A stretch of 64,000 nt of DNA from an uncultured Bacteroidia bacterium (GCA_943788195.1 CALSPH010000001.1:829467-893466), one strand, 5' to 3'; shown: positions 11,659-21,714, counted from the stretch's first letter. The notes: generated by a model not told the origin, from the letters alone. Numbers and translations are program-made.

Positions 11659-13650
11659 TTGAAAAAACAAATTGTAACTGCGGCACTTCCGTATGCAAAT
11701 GGTCCTTTGCATATAGGTCATTTGGCAGGGTGTTATTTGCCTTCGGATATTTATGCCCGATTTCAAAAAGCGAAAGGGAATGATGTTGCATTTGTTTGTG
11801 GGAGTGACGAGCATGGTGTTCCTATTAGTTTAAGGGCAAAAGCAGAAAATAAAACCCCGCAGGAAGTGGTGGATTTTTATCACAACTTGATGCAAGAAAC
11901 TTTTGTACGGATGGGTATTGAATTTGACCATTACAGCAGAACAAGCAGTAAGGTGCACCATGAAACCGCTCAAGAATTCTTCAAGAAATTGTATGATCAA
12001 GAAACCTTTTTAACACAAACATCGGAACAATTATATGATGCGGAAGCAAATCAGTTTTTGGCAGATCGCTATATAACTGGCACTTGTCCAAATTGTTCGT
12101 ATGAGAAAGCATATGGTGATCAATGTGAAAATTGTGGAAAGGCACTTAGCCCAGATGAATTGATAAATCCAACTTCTGCTTTAACAGGAAACAAGCCTGA
12201 ATTAAAATCGACCACCAATTGGTATTTACCTTTGGATTCAATGCAAGCGGATTTGAGTAAATACATTGAATCCAAAAAAGGGATATGGAAAAACGCAGTA
12301 TATGGTCAATGCAATAGTTGGTTAAAGGATGGTTTAAAGCCCAGAGCAATGACCCGAGACCTAAACTGGGGTGTTTCCTTACCTGTCCCAGATACAGAGG
12401 GTAAAGTGATGTATGTGTGGTTTGATGCGCCCTTAGGTTATATTAGTGCCACTAAAGAATTTATGCCCGACCAGTGGGAAGATTACTGGAAAGACCCCAA
12501 CACTGAATTGATTCATTTTATAGGGAAAGACAATATTGTATTTCATTGCCTCATTTTTCCAGCCATGTTAATGGCAGAAGGTTCCTATGTGCTGCCAAAC
12601 ATCGTTGCTGCCAATGAGTTTTTAAACTTGGAAGGTGAGAAAATTTCAACATCCCGAAACTATGCTGTATGGGTCCACGAATACTTGAATGATTTTAAAG
12701 ATCGAGCGGATGAAATGCGTTATGTGTTATGCTCCATCGCACCTGAAAATAAAGATGCCGATTTTAGTTGGGAGGGTTTTCAAGCCCGTGTCAACAATGA
12801 GTTGGTGGCGATATTCGGTAATTTTATCAATCGGGTAAGTGTGTTAACCCAGAAGTATTACGAAGGTGTGGTTCCAGAAGCAAATAATTCTGCAGTTGAA
12901 GAAGATTTATGGAAAGAGGCATTTTGGTTTGTAGAAGCTATAGAAACTCAGATTGTGAATTATCAATTCAGAGATGCGTTGGCCAGTTGGATTAATTTGA
13001 GCAGACTTGGGAATAAATATTTAGCAGATCAAGAACCCTGGAAAACCATAAAGACGGACCAAGTAAGAACCAACACTATCATGCATAATGCCATAAATTT
13101 GGCAGCACTCATAGGGGTGTATTCTAAACCGTTTTTACCCGCCACTTACAGTAAGTTGGCACAGCCACTGAAGATTGAGAACGCGCCTTTAGAATATAGC
13201 GCTCTTTCAGTTCCATCAGGAACTCAAGTAGAAAATATACCCTTATTGTTTCAGCAAATTACAGATGAGGAAGTAACCCAGCAACAAGAAAAACTTAAAC
13301 CAAAAGATTTATTTAAATTAAAACCTATGATTCAGTACGATGATTTTGCTAAAATGCAACTGGTTTCAGCAACCATTAAAGAGGCTAAAAAGGTGGAAAA
13401 TGCAGATAAATTGCTTCAAATCACCTTGGCGGTTTCCGATGATGAAGACAAAACGGTTTTATCAGGGATTGCAATGCATTATAAACCGGAAGAGATTGTT
13501 GGAAAACAAGTTACTTATTTGGCGAACCTTGCTCCTCGTAAAATGCGGGGAATTATGTCTGAGGGGATGATTTTAATGGCTGAGTCGGAAGGGAAATTGG
13601 TTTTTGTTTCGCCAGAAAGTACGATAGAAAATGGAAGTGAAATTGCATAA
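11659..13650 (+). CDS. metG: Methionine--tRNA ligase with C-terminal tRNA-binding domain
   Basis: TAALPYANGPLHIGH, Zn knuckle CPNC/CENC, KISTS and a C-terminal OB-fold (ADKLL, NLAPRKMRG). TTG 11659 is the preferred start because it follows a TACTTTTG element. Confidence 0.97.
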   Translation: MKKQIVTAALPYANGPLHIGHLAGCYLPSDIYARFQKAKGNDVAFVCGSDEHGVPISLRAKAENKTPQEVVDFYHNLMQETFVRMGIEFDHYSRTSSKVHHETAQEFFKKLYDQETFLTQTSEQLYDAEANQFLADRYITGTCPNCSYEKAYGDQCENCGKALSPDELINPTSALTGNKPELKSTTNWYLPLDSMQADLSKYIESKKGIWKNAVYGQCNSWLKDGLKPRAMTRDLNWGVSLPVPDTEGKVMYVWFDAPLGYISATKEFMPDQWEDYWKDPNTELIHFIGKDNIVFHCLIFPAMLMAEGSYVLPNIVAANEFLNLEGEKISTSRNYAVWVHEYLNDFKDRADEMRYVLCSIAPENKDADFSWEGFQARVNNELVAIFGNFINRVSVLTQKYYEGVVPEANNSAVEEDLWKEAFWFVEAIETQIVNYQFRDALASWINLSRLGNKYLADQEPWKTIKTDQVRTNTIMHNAINLAALIGVYSKPFLPATYSKLAQPLKIENAPLEYSALSVPSGTQVENIPLLFQQITDEEVTQQQEKLKPKDLFKLKPMIQYDDFAKMQLVSATIKEAKKVENADKLLQITLAVSDDEDKTVLSGIAMHYKPEEIVGKQVTYLANLAPRKMRGIMSEGMILMAESEGKLVFVSPESTIENGSEIA

Positions 13651-15187
13651 ATTAATAATTCTTGGATTAGTTGTATTGATTGCTGCATGCAATAACAACA
13701 ATAAGACCAAAGAAAAAAACAAGGAAACTGAGACCAAAGACGCTGTTCTTAATACTTCAAAAGGCGAAGAATTGGCGAAGGCATATTGTGCCTCATGTCA
13801 TAAATTTGTGCCACCATCTGCATTAGATAAACAAACCTGGCAAACAGGAATTTTTCCAGCAATGGGTCCTCGAATGGGTATTTATAGTCATAAAGGGATC
13901 GAATATGAGAGCGGCAAAGGTGCACAAAACACTGACGGGATTTTCCCAAATGAGCGGATGCTGGATGAAGACCAATGGCAGAAAATCATAGAATATTATA
14001 TTGGAAATGCACCAGTGAAAACTGCTCCCCAGCAGCGGTCAGAAAATTACACCTTGGATTTAAGCCTTTTTTCTGTCATGACCATCGCTTCAAATAGTGT
14101 TAGTCCGATTATTAGCTTGGTTAAAGTGAAAGAGTCGGGAGGGTTTTTTATTTATGACGCAAATTCTAAAGGATTGGCAAGCATGAACGGAAAAGGAGAA
14201 ACTGAATTTTTTACCAATATCCCTAATCCTGTTTCCTCCATAGTGCCTTATAAAAAAGGGTTTTTAATTACCAATATTGGTTCTTTAATGCCAAGTGATG
14301 TATGGAAAGGGCAAATAAATTATGCAACGGTTAACAATGGTGCTGTAATACTGAATAAGCAAATTAGAGACAAAGTTGAACGGCCAGTAAAAATTGTTTT
14401 GGCAGATTTAAATGGAGATAAAGTGGATGATATTGTGGTTTGTGGCTATGGACACAATAAAGGAGATTTCTATTGGTTAGATGGAGTAAGTTATGCCAAA
14501 AAGTCGATTAAAAATATTCCTGGTGCAATAAGTACTCAAGCAGTAGACTATGATAAGGATGGTGATATGGATTTGTTTACACTCTTTGCCCAAGGCACAG
14601 AACAAATTGTTTATTTTGAAAACGATGGCAAAGGTAAATTCAAGGAAACTACCATTAAGGAATTCATTCCAGTTCAAGGCAGCACAAGTATTCAAATTGT
14701 GGATCTTAATAAAGATGGTCATCTGGATATATTGTATACCAGTGGTGACAACGCGGATCATTCTGTGGTATTTAAAAACTATCATGGAGTGTACATTTAT
14801 CTTGGGAACGGAACAAAGCAATTTGAACAATCCTTTTTCTATCCAATGAATGGTGCATTTAAGGCTTTAACGAGTGATTTTGATGGTGATGGTGATTTAG
14901 ATATTGCGGCTATTTCCTTTTTTGCCGATTATGTGAAACAGCCTTATGAAGGTTTTCTGTATTTTGAGCAAACCAGTGATATGAAGTTTAAAGTGAGTAC
15001 AAATCCGGAAACCTACAAAGGTAGATGGCTCACTATGGATGTTGGTGATATAGATAAAGATGGGGACGATGATATTGTTTTGGGCAATTTTTCTGTGGGA
15101 CCAACCATTATGCCAGAAACCATTTACAAAACGTGGATGGAAGGACCAGCTGCAATGATTCTATTAAATAATCGAGTACAACAGTAG
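13631..15187 (+). CDS. Lipoprotein with N-terminal c-type heme motif and FG-GAP/VCBS repeat propeller
   Basis: Lipobox LIAAC, CASCH at 13787-13801, and five DxDxDGxxD-type repeats (DLNGDKVDD, DYDKDGDMD, DLNKDGHLD, DFDGDGDLD, DIDKDGDDD). Confidence 0.85.
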   Translation: MEVKLHKLIILGLVVLIAACNNNNKTKEKNKETETKDAVLNTSKGEELAKAYCASCHKFVPPSALDKQTWQTGIFPAMGPRMGIYSHKGIEYESGKGAQNTDGIFPNERMLDEDQWQKIIEYYIGNAPVKTAPQQRSENYTLDLSLFSVMTIASNSVSPIISLVKVKESGGFFIYDANSKGLASMNGKGETEFFTNIPNPVSSIVPYKKGFLITNIGSLMPSDVWKGQINYATVNNGAVILNKQIRDKVERPVKIVLADLNGDKVDDIVVCGYGHNKGDFYWLDGVSYAKKSIKNIPGAISTQAVDYDKDGDMDLFTLFAQGTEQIVYFENDGKGKFKETTIKEFIPVQGSTSIQIVDLNKDGHLDILYTSGDNADHSVVFKNYHGVYIYLGNGTKQFEQSFFYPMNGAFKALTSDFDGDGDLDIAAISFFADYVKQPYEGFLYFEQTSDMKFKVSTNPETYKGRWLTMDVGDIDKDGDDDIVLGNFSVGPTIMPETIYKTWMEGPAAMILLNNRVQQ

Positions 15188-15190
15188 CAA

Positions 15191-15529
15191 ATGCTCAGTC
15201 GTACTATAAAAATATCCTTAGGTGTTTTATTAATCCTATTTGCCATGGTGCAATACAATGATCCAGATCCGGGTTTATGGATACTTTTTTATGGTATTGG
15301 TGCATTCTTTTGTATTTCTTCAGCTTTCTACCGCACGCAATATAGTGACCTGGCCATGTATGTTTATATCGCCATTTGTATTGTATTTGCAATAATAAAC
15401 TGGCCAGAGGTTTGGATGGGATTTGATCAAGATGCTGTTTTGCCTAACCCTAATGTAGAGCAAGCACGTGAGTCTTGTGGTTTATTAATTTCTGCATTGT
15501 TTGTTGCAGTATGTCGATTCATAAAGTAA
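15191..15529 (+). CDS. Transmembrane 220 (TMEM220) family protein
   Basis: VQYNDPDPxxW and EQARESCGL motifs with about 4 TM helices. Confidence 0.85.
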   Translation: MLSRTIKISLGVLLILFAMVQYNDPDPGLWILFYGIGAFFCISSAFYRTQYSDLAMYVYIAICIVFAIINWPEVWMGFDQDAVLPNPNVEQARESCGLLISALFVAVCRFIK

Positions 15530-15576
15530 TTCGATTTTTTCAGGAACAACTTAAGATTAATGTTGATATTGTTCCT

Positions 15577-15663
15577 TGGTGCCCAGAAGGAGATTCGAAC
15601 TCCTACGCCCTTGCGAGCACAGCCCCCTCAAGGCTGCGTGTCTACCAATTTCACCACCTGGGC
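15577..15663 (-). tRNA. tRNA-Leu (anticodon GAG), CCA encoded
   Basis: The reverse complement folds as a cloverleaf: acceptor GCCCAGG/TCTGGGC-ACCA, anticodon arm CAGCC-TTGAGGG-GGCTG, long variable arm, GTTCGAATC T-loop. Confidence 0.97.
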
Positions 15664-16175
15664 TATTTGTCTTTATCGTTTTTTTCTCTTTCAAATATAT
15701 GAAAAGAGAAATTGTGTTTATGTGTTTCGTCTTGCTCATGAAATTCTTCGAATGTAGTATCCCATACTGCAAGATTAATTTCAGGATAGAAAGCATCCGC
15801 ATCATCAAAACGCGCATCCACCTTTGTAATGTATAATCGATGGCAGATATCTAAGCTAGAGGCATATAGTTTGCCGCCACCAATAATATAAATTTCATCA
15901 ATCGCAGTTCGAGTTGCCATTTCTATGGCCTGCTCTAAACTTCTAGCCCATTCAAATCCCGGTAAAACCAAGTTAGGATTGCTTGAAAGAACAATGTTCC
16001 GTCTTTTGGGCAATGGCTTTTTTAAAGCCGTCATGGTATTTCTTCCCATAATCACCGGATGAGTAATGGTTTTTTCTTTAAACCATGCCATGTCCTTAGG
16101 CAGATGCCAAAGCAATTGATTGTTTTTACCAATGGCTAAATTTTCTGAATGAGCGACTATTTGAGAGATTATCAT
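15663..16175 (-). CDS. folA: Dihydrofolate reductase
   Basis: IGKNNQLLWHLPKDMAWFK, VIMGRNT, PLPKRRNIVLS, IIGGG and DAFYP. Confidence 0.96.
   Translation of the reverse strand: MIISQIVAHSENLAIGKNNQLLWHLPKDMAWFKEKTITHPVIMGRNTMTALKKPLPKRRNIVLSSNPNLVLPGFEWARSLEQAIEMATRTAIDEIYIIGGGKLYASSLDICHRLYITKVDARFDDADAFYPEINLAVWDTTFEEFHEQDETHKHNFSFHIFEREKNDKDK
15692..15699 (-). promoter_or_regulatory. Probable tRNA-Leu promoter (-7 element) inside the folA 3' end
   Basis: TATATTTG lies 28 nt upstream of the mature tRNA 5' end. Confidence 0.5.
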
Positions 16176-16278
16176 TAGGGCTGCAAATGTAAGCTTAATT
16201 CATTTCAGAAAGGAAAGAAATACGGAACAATTTGAATAAAAAGATTCACTCCGAAATCCGACCATTTATGTGACCTCG

Positions 16279-17412
16279 CTATCTGGAGTCAGGTGGGTTT
16301 AAATTAAACCGAATGGAAAATACATTACTGTATAAAACAGTGCCTTTGCCTGCAAAATTTGCGATGGCATAATCTAAGGTAAAAGTTTTGAGCTGAAGCC
16401 CTACACCAGCCGAAGGAAGCAGATACAAGCGGTTCTTGTCGCCTTTGGCATTCAGTATACGTTGGTAGTTTCCTACCCCAGCACGCAGTGAAAGTTATGT
16501 ATCTTCATTAAAAGCATAAATACCTTCTATCCCTGTTCGGGGTCCGATACTAAATAAACCCGTTTTTATTAAGGTGTTTCTTCTGCCATCAAAAGTAATT
16601 TCTAAACCTATCTCAGCTTGAAGGGTCAAAGCATCGATATCTATTTTTTTGGAAATGCCCGTAACGATTCGTGGAACAGTTATCTCTAAAGAGTTAACGG
16701 GAATTTCATTCCCAGTTACAGCAAATACTTCGCGTGCATAGTCCTTATTCCCACCTGTACTTAATGCATCCATATCAAAACGCCAAGCGGTAAAAGTAGA
16801 AGTAGCATCGTATAGCATAGCTCCAAAACCCAGTCCAGTCTTCGTGTTATTTAGCTGGATGCTCGCATCCAAACCGAAACCCCAAGCTTTGGCAAATTGT
16901 CCCCCACGTCTACGGATTATTTAGGTGTTAACCCCATAGGCAAAGTCCAAGTGTCGTTGGCCTTTGATTTGTATTTTTTGGCCCATGGATCCAATCAAGG
17001 CAAAATCTACTGCACTAAATGAGGATACACGACTGTAATTTATTTCACCATTTTCAATCAGGTTAATGGTATTCAATATTCCATCCACCCCCATACGAAC
17101 AAACGAAAGGGCAAATCCAGTTTTCTTTTTTGGGCCTCCAAAGGCGATACTGCCGTAATCATAGTTGGCTATGCCACCAAAATAGGCAGCATGCATAAAC
17201 GTAGCTTGTATGTTGTCATTGATCTTGGTTAAGGCTGCTGGATTCCAATATCCAGCTGTGGCATCATCAACCAAAGAAGTGATTGCGCCCGACATGGCAA
17301 ATGCACGCGCACCCGTACCAATCGTCAGAAAGTCATTGGAATATTTTCGAATATTCTGCGCCTCTGCCTGGCTACAAAGTAAAAGGGTCAGGATTAACGA
17401 TAATCCTTTAAT
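16279..17412 (-). pseudogene. PorV/PorQ-family (PorV2-like) T9SS outer-membrane barrel with two in-frame TAA stops and a probable lost start codon
   Basis: RKYSNDFLTIGTGARA, YWNPAAL, YGVNT*IIRR..AWGFGLD, LRAGVGN, DYA and LYSNVFS all lie in one frame. TAA occurs at 16921-16923 and 16495-16497. Confidence 0.8.
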
Positions 17413-18029
17413 CCCCCTTTTACCGTTTGTAATACACTGGGTAAAGAAGCTATTAAAGCTTGATGTGTCTCTTTGTTCCATTCTTCAGTAAAACCAATGC
17501 GAAAATACACCCTATTGAGTGATTTTGGCAACATGTCATCTTCTAAGTATTTATAAAGCCATTTATGCTCAATAAATTTATTCAATTTTTCGGTGAAAAC
17601 GTCTGCCTTCGACAACTTATTGTGCTCGAAATACATTTTTATTTCATCTTCTTTTACCCCTTCGAGTTCGGCATAAAATTCATCCAGATAGCTGATGTTT
17701 TCTTCCATCAACAAACGATCAATGGCCATTTCTAAAAGGATATGTGCCAAGAACCAAGTCTTCGGAATTGATTTGGCAGGAGTTTCATCTATGATTCCGC
17801 CTATTTTTTCACACATATCATCAAAAAATGCATGCGAATGAAAATGTCCATCCCGCTCGATATGTTTCATTGCACCCAAATAAAGGGGATGCTGCGTGTC
17901 ATAAATGGGTTCAGGTTTAAAACGCTGCAGGGTAAGCATCTTTAAAAAATCTGGAAAAACCAGTCCTAAATGGTATAGGGAATTCCCAGAATCTTTTCGA
18001 TCATAATGAAAATGAGATAAAAAATTCAA
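17394..18029 (-). CDS. Hypothetical protein, AcpH/zinc-dependent phospholipase C-like
   Basis: MNFLSH N-terminus, PD, H..D..FH and HILLE.AID metal-ligand pattern. Confidence 0.6.
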   Translation of the reverse strand: MNFLSHFHYDRKDSGNSLYHLGLVFPDFLKMLTLQRFKPEPIYDTQHPLYLGAMKHIERDGHFHSHAFFDDMCEKIGGIIDETPAKSIPKTWFLAHILLEMAIDRLLMEENISYLDEFYAELEGVKEDEIKMYFEHNKLSKADVFTEKLNKFIEHKWLYKYLEDDMLPKSLNRVYFRIGFTEEWNKETHQALIASLPSVLQTVKGGLKDYR

Positions 18030-18171
18030 GACTACGAATATCGCTAATTACGGGCATTAATTCATTATGGACAATGGAGTTTTGCGAAATTTGACCGAGA
18101 TGGGAGGGTAAAGGGAAGGATATGCAACGGTTGAGTACTGATGACTTTGCGGGAAATTCCCGTTTTCTTGC

Positions 18172-20043
18172 TTATTTTTTTTTAAAGAAATTGAGCGGGA
18201 TAGTGATGATTGCACGTACACCCCTACCTTCTTCTATCGATTTTTTATCGATGATTTGAAGGGTAGCTTTACGATTCAACTTATTGGATGCCTGTATAAT
18301 GTGCAGACGTTTTTTGGTTATGGCTATACCCTTTGATTTATGCTGTTTTAGTGTTGGATTTACATTGAGGCCTATGCCATTGTCTTCTACATGTATTACT
18401 AACTCTTGAAATACTTTATGAAAGCTAATTTCTAATTTGCCGGGATAATCAATTCCAGAAAATGCATGTTTGGTTGCATTCTCAACCATTGGTTGAATAA
18501 TAAAGGGTGGAATTTCCACATGGTTCGCATCCAGTTCAGGATCAACTTTGATAACGAATTCAAATAAATCGGGTAATCGGATTTTTTCTAAATTTAGGTA
18601 TTGTTCTAAGAACCCAATTTCTTCACTCAAGGTGATGGATTTCTTATCAGCAAATGAAAAACTATTGCGGATGAGTTTGCCAAAGTTACCAATGTAAATG
18701 ATGGCAGAATCCACTTTATTTTTTAGAATGTAAAATTGAATAGAGCTCAGTGCATTGAAAATAAAATGCGGATTCATTTGGCTCTTTAATGCATGAAGTT
18801 CCATTTCTTTCTTTTCAATAGCCAACATTCGATTCTCTTCATTCTTTTTTAATAGATTGAGCTCGGATATAGCTTTCGTTTCCTTGAGTTGATTGATATT
18901 GTATCCAAGTACAAAGGAGAGGAGAAATGTTTCAATGATTGCACCTAATGGGGTTAAATAGAGTTTGAATAAAGAATAATCGATTAATCCAAAATTCAAT
19001 CCTGCAAAAACAAATCCTCCGAATAACAAGAAACTCCAAGCAATAATAAATGAAATAGCCAAAAATCGGTTATACCTTATTGAATCAATCATGATCCAAA
19101 ATGCCATGAAGTAGCTTAATAGATATATAATATTTAGTAATTTATACCCTAAGGCTATCTTTGATGTATAGAAAACAAAAATCAGAGTTATTATATACAA
19201 TAAGGAATGCCATTTAAACAATTTGTGTATTGTTTTTTTTATAGCAAAATCAAAATATTTGAGTATAAAGGAAATTGCAAGAGGTCCTAAAATTGAAGAA
19301 AATAGAATAGCATCATATTTGGCCAAGAAAACAGAGAAAGCAAAGAAATGCCCTAACCCATTTCCAAAGAGGGTTGAATGTGTTAGAGCAATAATTATTA
19401 TGTAAAAGACATAATGAAGTTGCAGCTTATTCCTTACAATAAGGAATAGAAAAAGATTAAAAAATGCCATCAACATCATTATGCCCACAAACAACCCAAA
19501 GAATAATTCTCGCTGCGCAAAACCTTTGTAATATGAGGTTAGCGAATATAAATGAACGGGGATAAGTCCTTCCTCATCCATAAAGACTTTTATATAAAAC
19601 GTTTTTGTTTCTCCCTTATTTAATGAGATTCGGTAAGAAGGATATGCCTCTTTTAAATCACGTTGAACCCATGGATAAATATCTCCTGACTTATGTATTG
19701 AGTAGGTGCCAAGATTGCTTTTTTCAAAGATTTCAAAGTGGTCAGTATTTGGGTTTTCACAAGAAATTACAAAAGTGGATGATGCAATGGTCTGGGTCAA
19801 TTCTACTTTTAATAAGTATGCATCTCTTTCACTGTTGAAGAATAAGGACTGTTTGCCTAACTCTTTCCATTTCAGGCTATCTTCAGGTAACTGAAAGGAG
19901 AAATTCCTATTTACTAGGGTGATTGGGCTGTTTTCAACTAAGTTTATTTTTTCTGCATTGGTGTCAATTGGCTTGGCTGCATAAACATGCAGGGATGAAA
20001 ACCAGATGAGGCAATGAAAAATATGGTTTAGATATTGCTTCAT
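18172..20043 (-). CDS. 7TMR-DISM sensor histidine kinase (LytS/YehU type)
   Basis: Signal peptide, extracytoplasmic DISMED2-like domain, 7 TM helices, LKSQMNPHFIFNAL, QPMVENATKH and VEDNGIG. The start overlaps the sulfatase stop (ATGA). Confidence 0.9.
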   Translation of the reverse strand: MKQYLNHIFHCLIWFSSLHVYAAKPIDTNAEKINLVENSPITLVNRNFSFQLPEDSLKWKELGKQSLFFNSERDAYLLKVELTQTIASSTFVISCENPNTDHFEIFEKSNLGTYSIHKSGDIYPWVQRDLKEAYPSYRISLNKGETKTFYIKVFMDEEGLIPVHLYSLTSYYKGFAQRELFFGLFVGIMMLMAFFNLFLFLIVRNKLQLHYVFYIIIIALTHSTLFGNGLGHFFAFSVFLAKYDAILFSSILGPLAISFILKYFDFAIKKTIHKLFKWHSLLYIITLIFVFYTSKIALGYKLLNIIYLLSYFMAFWIMIDSIRYNRFLAISFIIAWSFLLFGGFVFAGLNFGLIDYSLFKLYLTPLGAIIETFLLSFVLGYNINQLKETKAISELNLLKKNEENRMLAIEKKEMELHALKSQMNPHFIFNALSSIQFYILKNKVDSAIIYIGNFGKLIRNSFSFADKKSITLSEEIGFLEQYLNLEKIRLPDLFEFVIKVDPELDANHVEIPPFIIQPMVENATKHAFSGIDYPGKLEISFHKVFQELVIHVEDNGIGLNVNPTLKQHKSKGIAITKKRLHIIQASNKLNRKATLQIIDKKSIEEGRGVRAIITIPLNFFKKK

Positions 20044-21617
20044 TGCTTTGCAGGTAAGGCCCATTTCCAACCGGCCTTCATTTGCTGTTTTAATTCCGTT
20101 ACTATAAGTCCGTATTTCGGGTCATCCACCACATTTTTGTTTTCATCGGGGTCTTTTACATTGTCATACAATTCATGGGTTACAAAGTCTTCGGCTTCAT
20201 GGGTTTCATTGTTCCACCTGTACCAAGCTACATAATGATGGGTTTTGGTGCGGATGGAATAGCCCATATAGCGCCCGCCATCGGGTGTAATTTTGGGTCG
20301 TCTGTGAAATTGACTGAAGGCCGCTTTTTTCCAAGGACGCGTTGGGTTTTCAATCAAAGGGACAAAACTGGTGCCTTGCATATAACTGGGGGCAGGGATA
20401 TCTGCCAAGTCGCAAAGCGAAGGAAACATATCAATGAGCTCGGTAATTTCAAAGGTCTGGGCTCCTGCATTGGCTTGATTGGGGCTATACACCATCATGG
20501 GTACATGGATATCAATATTGTAATTGGTTTGCTTGCACCATCCGTTGTGCTCGCCCAATTTCCATCCGTGGTCTCCCCATACAATGATGATGGTATTGTC
20601 ATACAGTCCTTCATCTTTTAGGTGCTGCAGAATTTTGCCAAATTGGGTATCGATGTAGCTTACACTGGCGTAGTAGCCCATCTTCAACATGCGTGCAGTG
20701 TCTTCAGCCATCACATTCACACTGGGGTGCTGCAAGTTTTTAAATCCATCGTAACCGCGCAGTTCATACATTTTATTCATGGACATCACCGGTGCCATTT
20801 CAGGTAAAAAGGGATTTCGCGAAAGTGGGATGCTGTCCTTGTCGTATAAATCCCAATATTTTTTGGGTACGGCAAAGGGCAAATGCGGTCTAAAATAGCC
20901 CAAAGCCATAAAAAAGGGTTGATCTTTTTTTGCTAAGCGGGTTAGGCTGCGCTTGGCCAATTCGGTTTGAGCGCCATCAAAATACATGCTATCATGCACA
21001 TCTTCCATTTCCCAAGCGGGTCCATTGTTCCATCCGTCTGCGTAATAGTTGGGTCTTTTTTTCACCAACTCATCTCGTCTTATTTTTTGCTTGCGCTGGG
21101 TCTCTTTGTTCACATAAAACGTCTCGCCATCGCGTTTCAACCATTCGGATCGTTTGTATTGTTCGGGTCTTAGATCGGGTTCATCCCATGAAATGGAATC
21201 GGGCATATAGTTGTGAAAGATTTTGCCAATGCAAACGGTATGGTATCCATATTTCTGAAAGTGCTGGGGCATGGTAACCACATTGGGATGTTCTACTCTG
21301 AACTGGTCTCCCAAATGCCACACATGGCTGGAGTCGGGTCGCAAACCCGTCATCAAGCTGGCCCGGGAAGGCGCGCAAACGGCTGCTTGGCAGTATGTGT
21401 TGCGAAAAGTCATACCTGTTTTGGCAAAAGCATCCAAGTTTGGTGAATGGATGTACTGGTTTTCATAGGCACCGAGATTTGGACCTAAATCATCAATGGA
21501 TACAAAGAGGATGTTGTATTTATTTTTAGCAGGTTGCTCAACCTGCGGGGTATTGCAAGCATAGAAAGTGAGGTTGATGATCGCTAAGGTTAGAACTGCA
21601 AGTTGTTTTTTAAGCAT
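20040..21617 (-). CDS. S1-family sulfatase (iduronate-2-sulfatase-like), lipoprotein
   Basis: NILFVSIDDL, formylglycine motif CAPSRASLMTG, GKIFH, RPHLPF, WGDHGW and lipobox FYAC. Confidence 0.93.
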   Translation of the reverse strand: MLKKQLAVLTLAIINLTFYACNTPQVEQPAKNKYNILFVSIDDLGPNLGAYENQYIHSPNLDAFAKTGMTFRNTYCQAAVCAPSRASLMTGLRPDSSHVWHLGDQFRVEHPNVVTMPQHFQKYGYHTVCIGKIFHNYMPDSISWDEPDLRPEQYKRSEWLKRDGETFYVNKETQRKQKIRRDELVKKRPNYYADGWNNGPAWEMEDVHDSMYFDGAQTELAKRSLTRLAKKDQPFFMALGYFRPHLPFAVPKKYWDLYDKDSIPLSRNPFLPEMAPVMSMNKMYELRGYDGFKNLQHPSVNVMAEDTARMLKMGYYASVSYIDTQFGKILQHLKDEGLYDNTIIIVWGDHGWKLGEHNGWCKQTNYNIDIHVPMMVYSPNQANAGAQTFEITELIDMFPSLCDLADIPAPSYMQGTSFVPLIENPTRPWKKAAFSQFHRRPKITPDGGRYMGYSIRTKTHHYVAWYRWNNETHEAEDFVTHELYDNVKDPDENKNVVDDPKYGLIVTELKQQMKAGWKWALPAKQ

Positions 21618-21714
21618 GGGTATCAAATATAGGAAAAGGAATGATTTCCATGAAAATTACTTCATGAATGCATCATTCAATTTGGTAATCAGCAACTTGT
21701 TAAAGGGCATCACA

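Noticed and set aside
15530-15600. Integrated element at the tRNA-Leu 3' end
   Set aside because: No integrase is present and I saw no duplicate of the tRNA 3' end in the window.
15475-15836. Short ORFs on both strands around the tRNA
   Set aside because: They are shadows of tRNA-Leu and folA and show no protein features.
18129-18171. CGGGA-AAT-TCCCG hairpin after the kinase as a mobile-element end
   Set aside because: It is a single short stem with no second copy and no transposase, so at most a weak terminator.
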